64,000 bases of DNA from Chloroflexota bacterium (lineage in GTDB: Bacteria > Chloroflexota > Dehalococcoidia > GIF9 > UBA5629), in contig VGOP01000006.1 of the NCBI GenBank assembly GCA_016875875.1, positions 72,773-136,772 of the forward strand. The letters run 5' to 3'. The notes beneath the pieces are model-generated. The model was not told where the DNA came from and did no database searches. It saw nothing but the letters and a program-made list of their open reading frames with translations. Every line of letters begins with the position of its first letter. Position 1 is the first letter of the stretch. This document shows, one piece after another, positions 59,885-64,000 of this stretch. The translations under genes were made by a program, and so were the position numbers.

Positions 59885-61366
59885 TCAACAAGCCATACCG
59901 CACTGTCTCTTCTCCAATTCCTTACGCACCAGCTCTAGGGCTTCCTCCCTCGTGCTTAACTCCCCAGCCGCTTGAGCCTCTCGCACCTCAGTCAAAAGCC
60001 CACCGACCAGACGCCCCGGCCTCAAGCCAAAGATATCGATTAAATCATGGCCATCAATCAACTTGACCGGCAGAACCTCAGCCTCCTGCTTTAAATGCTC
60101 GGCCAGTATATAGCTAATTAACTGATTATGCTGCTGCCATTCCTCAATGTCAAGTTTGGGCCCATGAGTAGCCAGATAATCAGCCAGGGCTAGAAACAGG
60201 ACATCGATTCCAGCCTCCTCGGTATCACGAAAATACCGATAAATAGCCCGGCTGGTAGGCAAGCCATCGTTAGCCATCTGGGCGGGGCGGAGATGGTGAT
60301 AAACCAGATTCTCCACCAATCTTATCTCCCGACCGCTGAACCGCAGCCTCTCTAAAATCACAGCCGCCATAGCCGCTCCCTGCTTGGTATGTCCCAAAAA
60401 ACGCGTTCTGCCTGTTTCATCAACCGTCTTGGTCGTCGGTTTGGCAATATCATGCATCAGTGCCCCCAATTTGAGCAGCAGCCTTCGATTGCTGCCGCCG
60501 GACACCTCCTCATCGAAATGCTTACTTATCTCCTCCGACCACGGGGTTACTGTCAACAAGTCCTCTTTGCCATATTTCCATAGGTTCTCCCGGAGCAAAA
60601 AATCCGCAGCAGCCATCGTCTCTACAGAATGGTCGAAGACGTCCCAATAATGCTCTTTCGGCTGCTTCGCTCCCTTCATCTCCTCCAGCTCAGGAATTAT
60701 CTCGGTGAGCAAACCTAACTTGTCCAAATAGCGCACCGTCTCACCGGAGCCGGGCAAAGCCAATATCCTCACCAGCTCTTCACGCAGTCTCTCCCCGGGA
60801 ACCAGCTTAGCCAATCGGCAGTCTTTTCGAATTAAACTTTCGGTTCCAGGCTCGATCTTGAAGCCAAGCTCAGCAGCCAACCTGACACCCCGCAGCAACC
60901 TTGCCGCATCTTCCTCGAAAATCCGCTGGCCAACTGCCCGCACCAGCCTCTTCTTCAAATCGCTTTTTCCGGAGAAGGGGTCAATAAGCTGAGGCGACCC
61001 CGAAATCAGGCCTTGAAGCTCCACCGCCATGGCGTCAATGGTGAAGTCACGTCGTGCCAGGTCATTTTGGATGCTGTTTGAGAAAGAAGAGAAATCCAGA
61101 TGCCACAGGTGTTCATCGGCAACAATCACCCTGGCCACCATATTCGCCTCATCCAGCAGCACATACCTGCCGTCAATGGCTCTTGCCACTTCCTGAGCCA
61201 TATTCAAGGCGTCACCACTTACGGCAACGTCAATATCGGCTGTCTCTCTGCCTAGCAGCCAATCGCGGACAAAGCCACCGACTACATAAGTTGGGCACTT
61301 ATGTGGGGTGAGAATGGTGGATATTTTGGCCAGGAGGCCAAGCGGGTTTTGATTGATGTCAGGCAT
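59885..61366 (-). CDS. cca: CCA-adding tRNA nucleotidyltransferase (PolyA-pol head plus HD domain)
   Basis: VVGGFVRDWLLGRETADIDVAV, RRDFTIDAMA, and the HD region (LMHDIAKP, GH). Confidence 0.85.
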   Translation of the reverse strand: MPDINQNPLGLLAKISTILTPHKCPTYVVGGFVRDWLLGRETADIDVAVSGDALNMAQEVARAIDGRYVLLDEANMVARVIVADEHLWHLDFSSFSNSIQNDLARRDFTIDAMAVELQGLISGSPQLIDPFSGKSDLKKRLVRAVGQRIFEEDAARLLRGVRLAAELGFKIEPGTESLIRKDCRLAKLVPGERLREELVRILALPGSGETVRYLDKLGLLTEIIPELEEMKGAKQPKEHYWDVFDHSVETMAAADFLLRENLWKYGKEDLLTVTPWSEEISKHFDEEVSGGSNRRLLLKLGALMHDIAKPTTKTVDETGRTRFLGHTKQGAAMAAVILERLRFSGREIRLVENLVYHHLRPAQMANDGLPTSRAIYRYFRDTEEAGIDVLFLALADYLATHGPKLDIEEWQQHNQLISYILAEHLKQEAEVLPVKLIDGHDLIDIFGLRPGRLVGGLLTEVREAQAAGELSTREEALELVRKELEKRQCGMAC

Positions 61367-61469
61367 AGCCCCAGATTATACCCCGGGGCAGTAAAATTGT
61401 AAAGACTAAAGTGTATCGTCTATTAGGCTTTTCTTTGGAAAGGAGAGCCATCCTAAACAGCATGTAGCC

Positions 61470-61487
61470 ACGAGGCTTTAGCCTCGT
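61470..61487. repeat. palindromic hairpin ACGAGGC-TTTA-GCCTCGT (recurring family)
   Basis: Same core as 56307..56324. It lies downstream of the S8 protease gene on the minus strand. Confidence 0.6.
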
Positions 61488-61545
61488 AGCCAGCGACGGA
61501 ACAATCTCTGTGGATGGTAGACATAATCGGATTGATTAGCTCCGA

Positions 61546-62571
61546 CTATCTGGAGGTTAAAACTTCATTTACCGCATGAAAAGCATTGATACGCCATTTA
61601 ACTGCACTGATATCAAGCTCGTCACAGCCATGCTCAATAGCTGCTCGCACCTCGTCATTGACAAAGCCATTGCTATTGTTATCGCTTCCCAAGGCAAAGA
61701 GGAGGCCGGTCAACCCGGATACATGAGCTGCAGCCATTGAAGTGCCACTCTTGTTGTCATATCGATTACCAGGCAACGTGGAATAGATGCCCACACCCGG
61801 AGCTGCTACATCTACCCAATTACCACGACTCGACCACGAGGCTACAGTATCATTACTGTCGGTAGCTGCCACAGCAATAGAATTGGAGTAATAAGCTGGA
61901 TACACTACTTTTGTACCTACGAAGTTGCCGGCTGCAGCTACTACAACAGCTCCTTGGCTCCAGGCATAGTCAATTGCTTTTTCCAAGCCTGGCGACGGCT
62001 CGGTGCTGACCAGGCTCATATTAATAACCTTGGCGCCATGCTCCACTGCCCAGGTAATACCCTTAGCCGCTGCCGAACCATAAAATCTGCCTTGGTCATC
62101 AGCCACTTTGACATTCATCAAACGGCAATTGTATGCCACGCCAGTAACACCCACGCCATTATTTGCCGCAGCGGCAATTATGCCGGCAATATGCGTACCA
62201 TGACCATATATGTCCTTGGTGGTCGGGCTATCGGTGAAATTAACTTCAGCTATCACCTTGCCAGCCAGGCCCTCATACTCCTTATCAATCCCCGTGTCCA
62301 GGATAGCGATAACAATGCTGGCCTCTCCTGATGCAATTTCCCAGGCTTGAGGCGCCATAATCTTCGGGATAGCCCACTGCCTGCCAGAATAGTCACCCTC
62401 CGAAGTTGCCACAGCCGCTCTATAACTAACAGACTCAGAGTTGGAAGCAACGACAGCCACAGAGCCTGTCATAGCCTCAAAGCTGTCTGGCAACGCCTGA
62501 AAGGGGAGAAAACTTGCCGCCAGGCAGAGGAGAAGTAAAACCGGTAACCATATAAACTTTATTCTGATCAT
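61546..62571 (-). CDS. secreted subtilisin-like serine protease (S8)
   Basis: A signal peptide and the catalytic triad motifs DTGID, HGTHIAG and GTSMAAAHVSG. Confidence 0.9.
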   Translation of the reverse strand: MIRIKFIWLPVLLLLCLAASFLPFQALPDSFEAMTGSVAVVASNSESVSYRAAVATSEGDYSGRQWAIPKIMAPQAWEIASGEASIVIAILDTGIDKEYEGLAGKVIAEVNFTDSPTTKDIYGHGTHIAGIIAAAANNGVGVTGVAYNCRLMNVKVADDQGRFYGSAAAKGITWAVEHGAKVINMSLVSTEPSPGLEKAIDYAWSQGAVVVAAAGNFVGTKVVYPAYYSNSIAVAATDSNDTVASWSSRGNWVDVAAPGVGIYSTLPGNRYDNKSGTSMAAAHVSGLTGLLFALGSDNNSNGFVNDEVRAAIEHGCDELDISAVKWRINAFHAVNEVLTSR

Positions 62572-62808
62572 TTCTGTGTTAGTTTATATGGTCTAGTCCG
62601 TTTTCGAATCGCCCGTAGGTCACGTTTTGATGTGGTAACTTGGTCACAACACAAACCAGGACTAAGTTCCTAAGCAGCATTCAAGGAGATGCACAGGATA
62701 ATGGCGATACGCAAACAAAGGCATATTGCCCTTAATGGAGGAAATAAAACTGGTGTGGTACGGACTTATTTACTGCCGTGCTCGGGAGAGGTTTCTTCGT
62801 TTAGCCTT

Positions 62809-63006
62809 TTAGCTAATCCCGCCCTTCTCTGCAATGAACAGAGCAATATCCTCCCTGCTGAATCTGCGGTCACCTCGCGGGCCGATGCGGTATGCCTTCA
62901 GTACTCCTCTGTCATCCCACCGTCGCACCGTATTAATATGCACGTTGAGAAGCCGGGCTAACTGTCGCCCTGTTAACATACCGTTTGATTGACTAATACG
63001 CGCCAT
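62809..63006 (-). CDS. excisionase-family / MerR-like helix-turn-helix DNA-binding protein
   Basis: The 65-aa protein LTGRQLARLLNVHINTVRRWDDRGVLKAYRIGPRGDRRFSREDI matches the small excisionase-type HTH pattern. Confidence 0.75.
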   Translation of the reverse strand: MARISQSNGMLTGRQLARLLNVHINTVRRWDDRGVLKAYRIGPRGDRRFSREDIALFIAEKGGIS

Positions 63007-63023
63007 GCCAAAAACTCCTTATG

Positions 63024-63101
63024 CCTACTCTAAAATCGTCTTAACTACTCTAAATCATCCTAACTACTCTAGATTATCTATATTAACTTTAACTCACTCT
63101 A
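63024..63101. repeat. four direct iteron-like repeats containing ACTCTA (two exact TAACTACTCTA) immediately upstream of the HTH gene
   Basis: ACTCTA occurs at 63027, 63047, 63066 and 63096, giving spacings of 20, 19 and ~30 bp. TAACTACTCTA occurs at 63042-52 and 63061-71. Confidence 0.6.
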
Positions 63102-63269
63102 TGTCACTACACAATCACCCAAAGGTACCGAATGACATGGTAGATTAGCCCTATACAATTATCACTAAAAAGTCCTTCTAGTAAAAAAGTCCTATACATG
63201 GTGAGGTTTTGTTATGATAAGTTACTTGACAATGAGCGCCTTATATGCGATTATGGCCCTACTAAATAT

Positions 63270-63291
63270 TAAATACAATTTAAATACAATT
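63270..63291. repeat. exact 11-bp tandem duplication TAAATACAATT x2
   Basis: Read directly at 63270-80 and 63281-91, in an AT-rich spacer. Confidence 0.7.
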
Positions 63292-63349
63292 GGGGGGCAA
63301 TGAAGCGCCGGCCGCAATTTGGTCACTTGGTTGGTGCCGAGCCAGTAGT

Positions 63350-63390
63350 GAAACCGACCCATTTTTTGTGTCGGTTTCTTTCTCTTTCTT
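63350..63390 (+). terminator. terminator/attenuator-like hairpin followed by a T-rich run, upstream of the secreted-protein gene
   Basis: GAAACCGAC (63350-58) and GTCGGTTTC (63370-78) form a perfect 9-bp stem, followed by TTTCTCTTTCTT. A second hairpin, TTTCTTG-CACG-CAAGAAA, follows. Confidence 0.4.
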
Positions 63391-63439
63391 GCACGCAAGA
63401 AAAGATAGGCTTAGAGAATAAATTAAAGGCAAAGACTAC

Positions 63440-64000
63440 ATGAGAAAAGAAGGCAAATACACTAGATTGTTCCGTGGCCTGGCTGTTACTGTCATCCTCA
63501 GCTTACTGCTCTCTATGGGATTGGCCACAACAGCACCACGGCCAGTATCGGCGGGAAATGAGTCTTTCTGGGGCTGGCACCTCGACGATCGCACTGGTGG
63601 CTACCCAGGCTGGTTAGGCGACTGGACGGGGGGGGGACCTTGGACCTAACTGGAGAGAGGCCGATTGGGTATCCTATGTGCTGGTATTGGATGGCTACGG
63701 CGGAGCGCCTCTGCCTAACATTGATATTGCATTTGACTTCTATGCAAGTAATAAGAATGCTATTTTCGTAGACCTGATAAGAAACTTCTCCTATAAGATT
63801 AGAGACCCGTACCCTGGCAGTGGCAAGCCAAACGATGTGTTTCCATCCAATTTCCAAACGTGGCGTACTGGCACTTTCACTCCCACCGTGATTAACCGGA
63901 CTTTTCCGGTGGGGACTCCCGACGATCAAGCTAACCCTCCAAAACAAGCCTACTGGCGATTAACACCTAATGCTGGACTCCCCGCGATTCCAGCAGGTCA
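63440..64000 (+). pseudogene. secreted protein gene interrupted by a frameshift at a G9 tract (continues beyond the window)
   Basis: The ORF from 63440 has a signal peptide (...LLSMGLATTAPRPVSA) and stops at 63647-49. The +1 frame is open from 63618 to the end of the window (DLGPNWREADWVSYVLVLDGYGGAPLPNIDIAFDFYASNKN...). The two frames meet in the G9 run. Confidence 0.6.
63628..63636 (+). repeat. homopolymeric G9 tract at the frame junction
   Basis: Nine consecutive G counted at 63628..63636. Confidence 0.9.

Noticed and set aside
63024-63101. Direct repeats considered as a possible mini-CRISPR array
   Set aside because: There are only four short (~8-11 bp) repeat cores with ~10-20 bp between them, no palindromic 25-40 bp repeat unit and no cas genes. 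This fits protein-binding iterons better.
63513-63947. 144-aa minus-strand ORF at the right edge
   Set aside because: It is antisense to the plus-strand frame that remains open to the window end and joins the signal-peptide ORF through the G9 tract.

Overview
This 64-kb window is a gene-dense bacterial chromosomal segment of about 70 genes. I saw no rRNA, tRNA, CRISPR array or transposase. The gene content suggests an anaerobic Chloroflexota or Dehalococcoidia-like organism, but that is inference only.

Gene order, left to right:
- Housekeeping: dnaB' and rplI; yceD and rpmF with a FabD-like gene, a radical SAM gene, nusB and an ACP-like gene; then mfd.
- An orphan gene flanked by ~30-bp direct repeats, followed by a tandem USP gene.
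- A NarL-type two-component pair.
- Two tandem heterodisulfide-reductase modules. The first is hdrC-hdrB-hdrA-mvhD, in which hdrA and mvhD each carry an in-frame TGA at a Cys position (selenocysteine). The second is fused hdrCB-hdrA-mvhD-mvhG-mvhA plus a maturation protease, an all-Cys copy with a group-3 [NiFe] hydrogenase.
- A minus-strand organic-acid locus: an FNT channel, a SatP acetate channel, acetyl-CoA synthetase, a cNMP-binding protein and a micro membrane protein. It has its own paralogous NarL-type two-component system.
- nadC; a CbiMNQO/NikMNQO-type ECF metal transporter with a Fur-family regulator; dtd; a bifunctional-nuclease-domain protein.
- A complete F1Fo ATP synthase operon; khpA and rpsP; nfi; prfB with the classical +1 frameshift.
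- A peptidase, radC, a solute-binding protein, a PAS-GGDEF protein, degV, a CDF transporter, an HDAC-family protein, secDF, cca and an S8 protease.
- An excisionase-like HTH gene next to iteron-like repeats.

The most unusual signal is a ~70-aa helical domain ending in SQEKW. It occurs three times in the organic-acid locus: twice as a stand-alone small protein, each behind a shared ~65-bp upstream element, and once fused to the C-terminus of the FNT channel.

Other points worth a second look:
- the two Sec recoding sites
- a FabD-like protein lacking both catalytic residues
- an unannotated 38-aa ORF inside the atp operon
- a G9 tract that splits a secreted-protein gene
- a large unassigned hairpin-like element
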